Assembly (NCBI GenBank): GCA_033764075.1
Contig: JANRJH010000019.1
Location: 34,541 to 98,540 of the forward strand
Reading direction: 5' to 3'
Origin: Saprospiraceae bacterium
GTDB taxonomy: Bacteria > Bacteroidota > Bacteroidia > Chitinophagales > Saprospiraceae
Length of the DNA: 64,000 bases
The notes under the pieces are model-generated. The model did no database searches. It worked only from the letters and a program-made list of their open reading frames with translations, and was not told the DNA's origin. Positions 9,032 through 19,000 of the stretch are shown in pieces (positions within the stretch are counted from its first letter, which is position 1; every line of letters begins with the position of its first letter). Made by a program: the position numbers and the translations under genes.

Positions 9032-9753
9032 GCCGTGACTGCGGTTGGCGTGAATTCCAGTTTTTTGGCAGCGACACGTTCCAGCAGCCAGTCGCACCAG
9101 GCATCCATCCCTTCACCGGTAGTGCTGGATACCGTGAGGACGTCTATCTCCGGGTTTACCTCGCGGGCATCCTGAATGGCAGATTGGACCTGAAACGGGA
9201 TGTAAGGCAACAAGTCGGCTTTGGAAATCAGCATCAGTTCGCTGGTCAGGAACATCCGCGGGTATTTTTTGGGCTTGTCGTCGCCTTCCGTAGACGCCAG
9301 CAGGGTAACCCGGAAGTCTTCACCCAGATCGAAGGCGGCAGGGCATACCAGGTTTCCTACATTTTCAATAAACAGCAGATCGAGGCCCGAGGGGTCGAGG
9401 TGATCGAATGCTTGCAGAATCATTTGGGCCTCCAAATGGCAAACACCGTTGGTGACGATCTGCAGCGAAGGCACACCGGCCTGGCGAATGCGCACAGCAT
9501 CCCGTTCTGTTTCCAGATCACCCACCAGCACGGCCATGTTTATTCGGTCTTTCAGGCGCCGGGCGGTCTCTTGCATCAGGGTGGTTTTGCCGCTGCCGGC
9601 CGAGGAGGTGATGTTCACCAGGAGGGTGTGCTGTGTCTGCATACGATCGCGTATGCTCTTGGCGACATAGTCGTTGGCCTTTAGCAGGCTCATGGTTGTA
9701 TTGTCACACTGTACGGCCCCTACGGGTTGGCGATTGGATTTGGCAAATGGCAT
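9028..9753 (-). CDS. hypB: Hydrogenase nickel incorporation GTPase HypB
   Basis: SSAGSGKTTLM P-loop and CobW/HypB-type G-domain motifs. The ORF-track start at 9801 is TTG. I prefer ATG 9753, with ATG 9693 possible. The N-terminal CxxCGC motif and a His stretch are not evident. Confidence 0.85.
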   Translation of the reverse strand: MPFAKSNRQPVGAVQCDNTTMSLLKANDYVAKSIRDRMQTQHTLLVNITSSAGSGKTTLMQETARRLKDRINMAVLVGDLETERDAVRIRQAGVPSLQIVTNGVCHLEAQMILQAFDHLDPSGLDLLFIENVGNLVCPAAFDLGEDFRVTLLASTEGDDKPKKYPRMFLTSELMLISKADLLPYIPFQVQSAIQDAREVNPEIDVLTVSSTTGEGMDAWCDWLLERVAAKKLEFTPTAVTA

Positions 9754-9781
9754 AGCGGACTTCGTTTGGAATGAAGTGAGG

Positions 9782-9789
9782 CAAAGATA
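9782..9789 (-). promoter_or_regulatory. Candidate Bacteroidota -7 box (TATCTTTG) for the hypB operon
   Basis: Matches TAnnTTTG on the minus strand, about 30 nt upstream of ATG 9753. Confidence 0.35.
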
Positions 9790-9803
9790 ACCGTCCTCCA
9801 AAC

Positions 9804-9844
9804 ATTAGAAAATGTTTTCTAATGATTAGGAATATTTTCCTAAT
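9804..9844. promoter_or_regulatory. Two adjacent 20-bp palindromes (candidate operator pair) upstream of hypB
   Basis: ATTAGAAAATGTTTTCTAAT lies at 9804-9823 and ATTAGGAATATTTTCCTAAT at 9825-9844. They share ATTAG-N10-CTAAT and their centres are 21 bp apart. Confidence 0.4.
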
Positions 9845-9887
9845 TTACGGAAAACAAACGGCAGCATCCGGCAAAGGTTTGTTTCAT

Positions 9888-12800
9888 TCAATTCAACCCA
9901 TACTCCAGCCCCAAACCCGTGATCACTGCGATGAAGTCCGAATCAGCGTTTACCTTTCGCTCACCGGCGAGGAGCTGGACGCTGTTCTGGCTGTCGAAGT
10001 CGAGCAGTTGTACTTTGAGCTGGTGCTTGCCCTTGTGGTCGCGGCAGGCTTTTTCGAACCGGTCGAGCAGGGCATTGTTGAGCAGGGTCAGCGGTATGCG
10101 CACGGTGATGCTCTCGGTGAGGTCGGAGCCGATGCTGTCCAGCAGGCGCACATCCGACACGCGGAACTCCATTTCCTCGCTGTTGTAGCGCTGCTGCCAG
10201 GTGCCGCTGATGTACAGGGAGGCGCCTTCTTCGAAAAAGGACTTGAACTTCTGGTAGTTTTCGCTAAACAGGGAAATCTCCAGGTCGCCGGAATAATCCT
10301 GCACGACAAAGCGCCCGTAGCCGGTGCCTTTCTGGCTGACGCGGTGGTCGACCCGGATGACGAAGCCGCCGATGTTGACCTTGCGGCCGGCGTAGTTGGC
10401 CAACCGGTCTATGGGGATGGCGAAATGCTCCCAGGTGTGGCGGAAATCGTCGAGCGGGTGGCCGGACAGGTAGATGCCCACCACGTCTTTTTCGTATTTC
10501 AGCTGCTGGATGAGGCTCCAGGGCTGCGCCGTGGGGATGGCGGGCTCCGGGACGCCAATGGCGTCGGACAGGTCGCCGAACAGGGAGTTGGCGCTCGACA
10601 CTTTTTGCTCCTGCCAGGCGGCGCCGTACCGGATCAGGTGTTCGATTAAGGAGTCGTATTTGTCCGAAGGGGTAAAAAACACGCTGCGCACCAGTCCAAA
10701 CCCTTCAAACGCGCCGGCAAACGCCAGGCTTTCGAGCACTTTTTTGTTTACTGCGCGCAGGTTGAGCCTGCGAATGAAGTCGAACACATCGGTGAACGGC
10801 CCGTTTTTTTCCCTTTCTTCGATCATGACCTCCACGGCGGCTTCGCCTACGCCCTTGATGGCGCCGAGTCCGTAGCGGATATCGCCTTTTTTATTGACGG
10901 AGAAGTTGACCTGCGACTCGTTGATGTCGGGCCCTTTCACTGGCACACCCATGCGCTTGCACTCCTCGAGGAAAAAGGTAATCTTGTCGATGTTGCTCTG
11001 GTTGTGCGTGAGCACGGCCGCCATGTACTCGGCGGGGTAGCGGGCTTTGAGGTAGCCGGTCTGGTAGGCTACGTATGCATAGCAGGTGGAGTGTGATTTG
11101 TTGAAAGCGTAGGAGGCGAATGCCTCCCAGTCGGTCCAAATTTTTTCCAATTTATCGGCAGGGTGGCCTTTGGCGCCGGCGCCTTCCATAAACTGGCTTT
11201 TCATCTTGTCGAGCACCGCCTTTTGTTTTTTACCCATGGCTTTGCGCAGCACGTCGGCGTCGCCTTTTGAAAAACCTGCCAATTTTTGGGAAAGCAACAT
11301 AATCTGTTCCTGAAAGACAGAAATCCCGTATGTTTCTTCCAGAAATTCTTTCATTTCGGGGAGGTCATACGAGATGGTTTCCCGTCCGTGTTTTCGCGCG
11401 ATATAATTGGGTATGTATTCCAGGGGCCCGGGTCGGTACAGGGCGTTCATGGCGATGAGGTCGTCGAACTTGTCGGGTTTGAGTTCGCGCAGGTATTTTT
11501 GCATACCCGGACTTTCGAACTGGAAGGTGCCGTTGGTGTCGCCGCGTTGGTAGAGCTCGTAGGTTTTGGTGTCGTCGAGTGGGATTGTGTCGAGGTCAAT
11601 TTTGACGCCGTGGTTTTGTTCGATGAGGCGCAGGGCGTCGCGGAGGATGGTGAGTGTTTTGAGCCCCAGGAAGTCCATTTTAATGACGCCGGCGTCTTCG
11701 ATGATGTTGCCTTCGTACTGGGTAACGAGCAGGTCGGTGTCTTTGGCGGTGGCCACGGGGATGATCTCCGTGAGGTCTTTGGGTGCGATGATGATGCCTG
11801 CGGCGTGCACGCCGGTGCCGCGGACGGAGCCTTCGAGTACCATGGCTTCCTTGAGCACAGTGCTTTCATCGGTGCTGTTGTCGTTGAGGAAGTCGCGCAG
11901 GCGTTTGACGTTCTCGATGTCGTCGGGGCCCAGCCCCTCTTTATCGCGCAGGGAGCCGTCGCCGTCCAGGGGCGCTTTCAGCACGCGGTTGAGGGAGATT
12001 CCGGGCTTGTCGGGCACGAGTTTGGCCAGGGCATTGGCGCGGTCGAGGGGCAGGTCCAGCACGCGGGCCACGTCTTTGATCGACATTTTGGCGGCCATGG
12101 TGCCGTAGGTGACGATGTGGGCCACCTGCTGGCGCCCGTATTTTTTGGCTACGTATTCGAGCACTTTCTGGCGGCCCTCGTCGTCGAAGTCGGTGTCGAT
12201 ATCGGGCATGCTTTTGCGATCCGGGTTCAGGAATCGCTCGAAGAGCAGTTTATAGTGGATGGGATCGATGTTGGTGATGCCGATGCAATAGGCCACTGCC
12301 GATCCGGCGGCCGAACCGCGGCCGGGGCCGACGAACACGCCGAGGTCGCGCCCGGCCTTGATGAAGTCGGCCACAATGAGGAAGTATCCGGCGAAGCCCA
12401 TCGTCTGGATGGTGTGCAGTTCGAAGTTGAGGCGTTCCTCAATCTCGGGTGTGATGTTTTTGTAACGGCTTCGGGCGCCTTCGTAGGTGAGGTGTCGCAG
12501 GTATTCATCCTGGGAGGTGAATCCCTGCGGGATCTCGAAGTGGGGCAGGAGGATGTCCTGTTTGAGCTTGAGGTGTTCGCATTTGTCGACGATCTCCTGG
12601 GTGTTTTCCAGGGCGAAGGGCAGGTCTTTGAACAGGACGCCCATTTCGGATTGTGATTTAAAGTAGAACTGGTCGTTCCAAAAGGCGAAGCGTCCGTTTT
12701 TCATGACGGTGCCTTCCTCCACAAATTCGCGAATGGCCGGCGTGGCCTGCTTTTCTCCCGTGTTGATGCACAGGAGAATGTCGTGGGCATTCCAGTCTTT

Positions 12801-13439
12801 CTGGTCCACATAATGGGAGTCGTTGGTGGCGATCACCTTGACCTGGTACTCGGAGGCCCAGCGCAGGAGCACTTCATTCACGCGGTCCTGCTCGGGCATC
12901 TGGTGGCGCTGCACTTCGATGTAGTAGTCTTCGCCAAACAAGTCGAGCCACCATTCAAATTCCTTTTTGGCCTCCGCTTCGTCTTTTTTCAGAATGGCCT
13001 GGGGCACCATGGCGCCGATGCAGCAGGTGGTGGCGATGAGCCCCTGATGGTATTGCAGGATCAGTTCTTTGTCGATGCGCGGGTATTTACCGTACAGCCC
13101 GTCGATGTAGCCCAGGGAACAGAGCTTGACGAGATTTTTATATCCTTCCGGGTTTTTGGCCAGAAAAAGCTGGTGGTAGCGTTTGTCACGCGCTTCCTTG
13201 GTGAACGTTTTGCGGTGCCGGTCCTCCACTACGTAAAATTCGCAACCTACGATGGGCTTTACGCCTTCGTGCTTGGCGGCCTCCGCCACAAACTCGAACA
13301 CGCCGAACATGTTGCCGTGGTCGGTGATGGCTACTGCGGGCATGCCGTCGGCTTTGGCTTTTTTAAACAGGGCCGGGATGGCGGCCGCGCCGTCGAGCAG
13401 GGAGAATTGGGTGTGGCAGTGGAGGTGGGAAAAAGCCAT
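9888..13439 (-). CDS. dnaE: DNA polymerase III alpha subunit
   Basis: 1183 aa. N-terminal PHP domain (FSHLHCHTQFSLLDG), polymerase core and OB fold. Confidence 0.97.
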   Translation of the reverse strand: MAFSHLHCHTQFSLLDGAAAIPALFKKAKADGMPAVAITDHGNMFGVFEFVAEAAKHEGVKPIVGCEFYVVEDRHRKTFTKEARDKRYHQLFLAKNPEGYKNLVKLCSLGYIDGLYGKYPRIDKELILQYHQGLIATTCCIGAMVPQAILKKDEAEAKKEFEWWLDLFGEDYYIEVQRHQMPEQDRVNEVLLRWASEYQVKVIATNDSHYVDQKDWNAHDILLCINTGEKQATPAIREFVEEGTVMKNGRFAFWNDQFYFKSQSEMGVLFKDLPFALENTQEIVDKCEHLKLKQDILLPHFEIPQGFTSQDEYLRHLTYEGARSRYKNITPEIEERLNFELHTIQTMGFAGYFLIVADFIKAGRDLGVFVGPGRGSAAGSAVAYCIGITNIDPIHYKLLFERFLNPDRKSMPDIDTDFDDEGRQKVLEYVAKKYGRQQVAHIVTYGTMAAKMSIKDVARVLDLPLDRANALAKLVPDKPGISLNRVLKAPLDGDGSLRDKEGLGPDDIENVKRLRDFLNDNSTDESTVLKEAMVLEGSVRGTGVHAAGIIIAPKDLTEIIPVATAKDTDLLVTQYEGNIIEDAGVIKMDFLGLKTLTILRDALRLIEQNHGVKIDLDTIPLDDTKTYELYQRGDTNGTFQFESPGMQKYLRELKPDKFDDLIAMNALYRPGPLEYIPNYIARKHGRETISYDLPEMKEFLEETYGISVFQEQIMLLSQKLAGFSKGDADVLRKAMGKKQKAVLDKMKSQFMEGAGAKGHPADKLEKIWTDWEAFASYAFNKSHSTCYAYVAYQTGYLKARYPAEYMAAVLTHNQSNIDKITFFLEECKRMGVPVKGPDINESQVNFSVNKKGDIRYGLGAIKGVGEAAVEVMIEEREKNGPFTDVFDFIRRLNLRAVNKKVLESLAFAGAFEGFGLVRSVFFTPSDKYDSLIEHLIRYGAAWQEQKVSSANSLFGDLSDAIGVPEPAIPTAQPWSLIQQLKYEKDVVGIYLSGHPLDDFRHTWEHFAIPIDRLANYAGRKVNIGGFVIRVDHRVSQKGTGYGRFVVQDYSGDLEISLFSENYQKFKSFFEEGASLYISGTWQQRYNSEEMEFRVSDVRLLDSIGSDLTESITVRIPLTLLNNALLDRFEKACRDHKGKHQLKVQLLDFDSQNSVQLLAGERKVNADSDFIAVITGLGLEYGLN

Positions 13440-13442
13440 AGA

Positions 13443-13477
13443 GAATGTCGAGTGTCGAGTATCGAATGTCGAGTTGG
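13443..13477. repeat. Heptanucleotide tandem array (GAATGTC GAGTGTC GAGTATC GAATGTC GAGTTGG)
   Basis: Five in-phase 7-mers start 4 nt upstream of the dnaE ATG. Confidence 0.7.
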
Positions 13478-13650
13478 GGTGTAGGAAGGAATTGGGTGTG
13501 TAGCGTTGGTAATGGAAAGGCTGAATCGGAAGCCGGAAAAGCCCCGTCAGAGGGCGACCCTCTTGTTGCCTGGCAAATTTAAAACAAAAAGTGGAGATTT
13601 GTATTTAGGCCGGAGAAAAAGTTATGCACACGCCGGGTTCAGCATTGTGC

Positions 13651-14277
13651 TCAGCGGAGTGCGTTGGCCAACAGCGTTTTTACGTCTTCTTCCGGTTGTT
13701 TGAGCAGGGCTTTCAGGCCCACGGCGGTTGCTCCGGCCACGTTGGCGGGCAGGTCGTCGATGAACAGCGTCTCTTCGGCTTTGATCTCGGCGTCGGCCAG
13801 CACGTACTCAAAGGCGTCGGCGTCGGGTTTGCGCAGGCGAATGAGGTGAGAGTAGTAGGCGCCGTCGAAGTACACCGACCGGTAGTCGGCCAGTGCGTAG
13901 GTACGCAGCATGTAGTCGTCTATCCAGTCGGCGTGCAGTTCGTTGATGTTGCTGAGCAGGAAGACGGAATGGGTCCGGCGCAGTTCGGTCAGCATGGCGA
14001 ACCGCTCGGGCGGGAAGCCCAGGAGGATGGCGTTCCAGACGTCCACCACGGCGTCGGGCGACAAATGGGGCTCCACCGAGCGGCACACCGCATCGAGAAA
14101 CTCCGCCGTGCTGATGCCGCCGGTCTCGTACAACTCAAAAATACGGTGCCTGGCCAACAACGTTCGCGCCTGCTCAAACTGCTCGCCCATGAGGCGCCTG
14201 AAACCTCTTTCCAAATTGGACAATTCAAGGTCAAGCAGCACATTTCCCAAATCAAAGAGGATGTTTTTGATCGCCAT
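13651..14277 (-). CDS. HAD-superfamily hydrolase (subfamily IA-like)
   Basis: Starts MAIKNILFDLGNVLLD (DxG/DxD-type motif I). Trimmed to ATG 14277, because the upstream part of the ORF is translated repeat DNA. Confidence 0.8.
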   Translation of the reverse strand: MAIKNILFDLGNVLLDLELSNLERGFRRLMGEQFEQARTLLARHRIFELYETGGISTAEFLDAVCRSVEPHLSPDAVVDVWNAILLGFPPERFAMLTELRRTHSVFLLSNINELHADWIDDYMLRTYALADYRSVYFDGAYYSHLIRLRKPDADAFEYVLADAEIKAEETLFIDDLPANVAGATAVGLKALLKQPEEDVKTLLANALR

Positions 14278-14409
14278 GAGAAAATTTTTATCAAAACCTG
14301 CCCAAAAATCGGGTATTTGACAGAACATTATTCCAGATGCCTTATTTAAATTTTCAGCGTTTTCATTTTTGTCCCGATATTTGTGGCCTAAACGCTCACT
14401 ATTGCCGTT

Positions 14410-14550
14410 GCCGTTGTTGGCGTCCTCGTTGCCGTTGTTGGCGTCCTCGCCAACAACAAACGGAAAACGCCGAGAACGGCATAAATGACAGGTGCAATTG
14501 TTTGGCCCCTCACTCCGCCGTTTGTTGTCGGCGAGGACGCCGACAACGGC
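14410..14550. repeat. 21-bp direct repeat plus 30-nt inverted repeat (28/30) with a ~60-nt loop
   Basis: GCCGTTGTTGGCGTCCTCG occurs at 14410 and 14431. Positions 14431-14460 pair with 14521-14550. Confidence 0.7.
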
Positions 14551-14558
14551 AAAAATGC

Positions 14559-14610
14559 ACACCCACACGCACACGCACACGCACACTCAGACGCACACGC
14601 ACACGCACAC
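14559..14610. repeat. (CACACG)n alternating pyrimidine-purine tract
   Basis: Two blocks of about 20-23 nt of perfect Py-Pu alternation end 7 nt before the E2 ATG at 14618. Confidence 0.75.
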
Positions 14611-14617
14611 TGGATTT

Positions 14618-15937
14618 ATGGCTCGTGTTGAACTCATCATGCCCAAAATGGGCGAAAGCATTATGGAAGCGACCATTCTGAAATGGCGCAAAACCCCTGG
14701 CGACAGCGTGGCGCTCGACGAGCCTGTGCTGGACATTGCCACCGACAAGGTAGACAGTGAAGTGCCCTCGCCCGTGGCCGGGGTCATCACCGAAATTTTG
14801 TTCAAGGAGAACGACGTGGTGCCCATTAATACGCCCATTGCCGTGATAGAGACGGAAGCCGGCGCTTCGGTTCCTGTGCCTTCACCGGCGGCACCGGCGG
14901 CCGGCAACGGTCAGCCCGCGCAACCCGCGCAGGTGCCGTTTGCGCCTGCTCCTGCGGCGACTGAGCTGCCCAAGTCGGGCGAAGGCGGCCGCTTTTATTC
15001 GCCCCTGGTGCGTACGATCGCCAAGGAAGAGGGCATTGGCGCTGCCGAGCTGGAACGCATTGCCGGCACCGGCCAGGAAGGCCGCGTGACCAAAAAGGAT
15101 ATCCTTGCTTACGTGGCCAACCGCGGAACGGCGCCGGTTGCCACCACAATTGCGCCCACTGCCCCCGTGCCCCCCGCGCCCACCATGCCCGCCGCCTCGG
15201 TGGCGCCACCGGCTGCCAGTCTTTCCGGAAATGTAGAGATTGTAGAAATGGACCGCATGCGCAAGCTGATTGCCGATCACATGGTGATGAGCAAACACAC
15301 GAGTCCGCACGTGACCTCGTTTGTGGAGGTCGACATGACGAACATCGTCAATTGGCGCAACAACGTCAAGGACAAGTTTAAAAAACAATACGGCGAAAAC
15401 ATCACGTTCACGCCCATCTTTATCGAAGCCGTGGTGCGCGCCATCCGCGACTTCCCGATGATCAACATCTCGGTAGACGGCACCCGCCTGATCGTGAAGA
15501 AAGACATCAATATTGGCATGGCGGCTGCCCTGCCGTCCGGCAACCTCATTGTGCCCGTGATCAGAAACGCAGATCACCTTAGCCTGGTGGGCCTGACCAA
15601 ATCGGTGAACGACCTGGCCAACCGGGCTCGGCAGAACGCGCTCAAGCCCGACGAGATCCAGGGCGGTACGTTCACCCTCACCAATGTGGGCACCTTTGGC
15701 AACGTAATGGGTACGCCCATCATCAACCAGCCACAGGTGGCCATCATGGCCACCGGGGCCATCCGGAAAAAACCGGCTGTCCTGGAAACAGAATACGGCG
15801 ACGTGATCGCCGTGCGCCAGATGATGTTCTTGTCCATGTCGTATGACCACCGCGTGGTGGACGGCATGCTCGGCGGCTCGTTCCTGCGTCGCGTGGGGGA
15901 TTATCTGGAGCAGTTTGATGTAAACCGGGCGTTGTAA
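14618..15937 (+). CDS. 2-oxoacid dehydrogenase E2 component (dihydrolipoyllysine-residue acyltransferase)
   Basis: Lipoyl domain (DIATDKVDSEVPSP), an Ala/Pro linker, a subunit-binding domain and the catalytic SYDHRVVDG. Trimmed to ATG 14618. Confidence 0.9.
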   Translation: MARVELIMPKMGESIMEATILKWRKTPGDSVALDEPVLDIATDKVDSEVPSPVAGVITEILFKENDVVPINTPIAVIETEAGASVPVPSPAAPAAGNGQPAQPAQVPFAPAPAATELPKSGEGGRFYSPLVRTIAKEEGIGAAELERIAGTGQEGRVTKKDILAYVANRGTAPVATTIAPTAPVPPAPTMPAASVAPPAASLSGNVEIVEMDRMRKLIADHMVMSKHTSPHVTSFVEVDMTNIVNWRNNVKDKFKKQYGENITFTPIFIEAVVRAIRDFPMINISVDGTRLIVKKDINIGMAAALPSGNLIVPVIRNADHLSLVGLTKSVNDLANRARQNALKPDEIQGGTFTLTNVGTFGNVMGTPIINQPQVAIMATGAIRKKPAVLETEYGDVIAVRQMMFLSMSYDHRVVDGMLGGSFLRRVGDYLEQFDVNRAL

Positions 15938-16040
15938 GGAAGGGGAGTTGTCATGGTATACCTTTACGCGAAAGCGGGCACACCGACAATCGCCATCATA
16001 CAAAACCGGAAAACCCTGAATGTGCGTTATTCGCGCGATC

Positions 16041-19000
16041 CTACTTCCCGTGGCAATGCTTATACTTCTTCCCGCTGCCACAGGGGCAAGGATCGTTCCG
16101 CCCCACCACTTTTTCCCGCACCATAGGCGCTACTTTCTGCACCGGTTGAGCGGCTTGTCCGGCGGCCTGGGCGGCGCGTTGAGCAGCGGCCTGGCTTTCG
16201 GTCATTTGCTGGCCGGAGTTGTTGGCTTTCAGGCGGTTGGCCTGGGCGCGGCGATGGGCTTCATCCATTTGCTGGCGTTGCTGTGCCCGGCGCATGTCGT
16301 CATCAGTGGGAATGTCGAGGGTGCCTTTGAGCAGGAAGCTGGTCACGTTGGCGTTGATGTGGCCGATGAGCCCCTCAAACAGGTTGAAGGCCTCCATTTT
16401 GTAGATGACCAGCGGGTCTTTCTGTTCGAAGGAGGCGCCCTGCACAGAGTCTTTCAGGTCGTCAATATTGCGCAGGTGCTCCTTCCAGGCGTCGTCGATG
16501 AGGGCGAGCGTGGCTACTTTCTCCACGTCGGTCATGATGCTTTTGCCCTCGGTGCGGATGGCGTCGTCGATGTCGGCGCTTATGTTGAGGCCCATGGCGC
16601 CGTCGGAGAAAGGCACAACGATGCGGCGGTAGCGGTTTCCCTCGCGTTCCCTGACGTTGCGGATGAGGGGCAGCAGGCGTTCGCCCACCTGCTGGCGTTT
16701 ACGATGGTAGGCTTCGAGGATGTGGTCGAAAAAGGTGTTGATGACCGACGCTTCCGAGGCTGACTTGAACGTCTGAGCATCCATGCCGACGGGGTCGTAA
16801 CCGATGGCGCGCAGGCTGTCCATGCGGAACGTATCGAAATCGCCCCGGTGCCGGTGCACCTGAACGAGTTCGGAGGCGATGGCAAAAAAGGCGTTGTTGA
16901 TGTCCACAGCGAGGCGGTCGCCGAACAAGGCATTCCGGCGTTTACGATAGATGGCCTCGCGCTGGATGTTCATCACGTCGTCGTACTCCAGCAGGCGTTT
17001 GCGGATGCCGAAGTTGTTTTCCTCAACTTTTTTCTGGGCGCGTTCGATGGACTTGGTGACCATGGAGTGCTGGATCATGTCGCCTTCCTGGTGCCCCATA
17101 CGATCCATCAGCCCGGCGATGCGTTCACTTTGGAACAGGCGCATGAGGCTGTCTTCGAGCGACACATAAAACTGGGAGGAGCCGGGGTCGCCCTGGCGGC
17201 CGGCGCGGCCGCGGAGCTGCCGGTCTACGCGGCGGCTTTCGTGGCGTTCGGTGCCGATGATGGCCAAACCGCCTGCGTCTTTTACGCCCGGGCCGAGCTT
17301 GATGTCGGTACCGCGACCGGCCATGTTGGTGGCGATGGTCACTTTACCGGAGAGGCCGGCTTCGGCCACGATCTCTGCTTCGCGTTGGTGCTGTTTGGCG
17401 TTAAGCACGTTGTGGTCTATGCCGCGTTGCTTGAGGACACGGCTAAGGAATTCGGAGATTTCTACCGAGGTGGTGCCCACGAGCACGGGCCGGCCCGCTT
17501 CGCGCAGACCGATGATCTCGTCAATGACGGCATTGTATTTTTCCCGGGCAGTTTTGAACACCAGATCGTCCTTGTCCTGGCGGGAAATATTCCGATTGGT
17601 GGGGATTACCACCACGTCGAGTTTGTAAATGTCCCAGAGCTCCTTGGCTTCCGTTTCAGCAGTACCGGTCATACCGGCCAGCTTGTGATACATACGGAAG
17701 TAGTTCTGGAGGGTGACGGTGGCGTAGGTTTGGGTGATCTCGCCGACCTTCACGTTTTCTTTGGCTTCGATGGCCTGGTGAAGGCCGTCGGAGTAGCGGC
17801 GCCCTTCCATAACGCGTCCGGTCTGCTCGTCCACAATTTTCACCTCGCCGTCTTTGACGATGTACTCATCGTCGCGTTCGAAGAGGGTGTAGGCCTTCAG
17901 CAGTTGATGGACGGCGTGAATACGGCGGCTTTTAACGCCGTAATCCTGGGAGAGCAGTTCTTTGGCTTCGGCTTTTTCGGCATCGCCGAGGGAATTGTCC
18001 TGATCGATTTTGACCAGTTCGGAGCCGATGTCGGGCAAAATGAAGAACGATTCTTCGTTGTTGAACTGAGACAGGTACTCAACCCCTTTTTCGGTGAGTT
18101 CCACCTGCCGGTTTTTCTCGTCGATGTGGAACAACAATTCGCGGTCCACCTCGGGCATGCGCTTGGCGTTTTCCTGCAGGTAGACATCTTCTGTTTTTTG
18201 AAGGGCCACCTTCATGCCGGGTTCGCTGAGGAACTTGATGAGGGCACGGCTTTTGGGCAGGGCGCGGTGGGCGCGCAGCAGGGAGAGGCCTGCCTGACCT
18301 TCGTCGTGACCTGTTTCGCCGGCTGCAAACAACTTTTTGGCGTCGGCGAGAAAACGCGAGGCCAGTTTGGCTTGCTCGTCGACAAGTCGTTTGACGGTAG
18401 GGTTCAGATCGACGTACTCCTGATCGTCGGCGCCACGGGTAACCGGGCCGGAGATGATGAGCGGGGTACGGGCGTCGTCGATGAGCACCGAGTCCACTTC
18501 ATCGACAATCGCGTAGTGGTGTTTGCGCTGGACGAGCTCTTCGGGGCTGATGACCATATTGTCGCGCAGGTAATCGAACCCGAACTCGGAGTTGGTGCCG
18601 AAGATGATGTCGGCGCGGTAGGCCTGCCGGCGCTCTTGGGAGTTGGGGCGGTGTTTGTCGATGCAATCGACGGTGAGCAGCAGGAATTCGTAGATGGGGC
18701 CCACCCACTCCTGATCGCGCCGGGCGAGGTAGTCGTTCACCGTCACGATGTGCACGCCCTGTCCGGCAACCCCGTTGAGGTAGGCGGGCAAGGTAGCCAC
18801 GAGGGTTTTGCCCTCACCGGTGGCCATCTCGGCGATCTTGCCGTCGTGCAACACCATCCCACCGAACAGCTGCACATCGTAGTGCACCATGTTCCAGGTG
18901 ATGTCGCCGCCGGCTGCTTTCCAGGAATTGCTCCACACGGCTTCATCGCCCTCCAGACGTACATACGACTTGTCGGGCCGGGCCGCCAGCGCACGATCGT

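Noticed and set aside
14492-14617. N-terminal extension of the E2 ORF encoding an HTHTHTHT repeat.
   Set aside because: It is the translation of the (CACACG)n simple repeat. The conserved lipoyl-domain N-terminus (MARVELIMPKMGESI) starts at ATG 14618.
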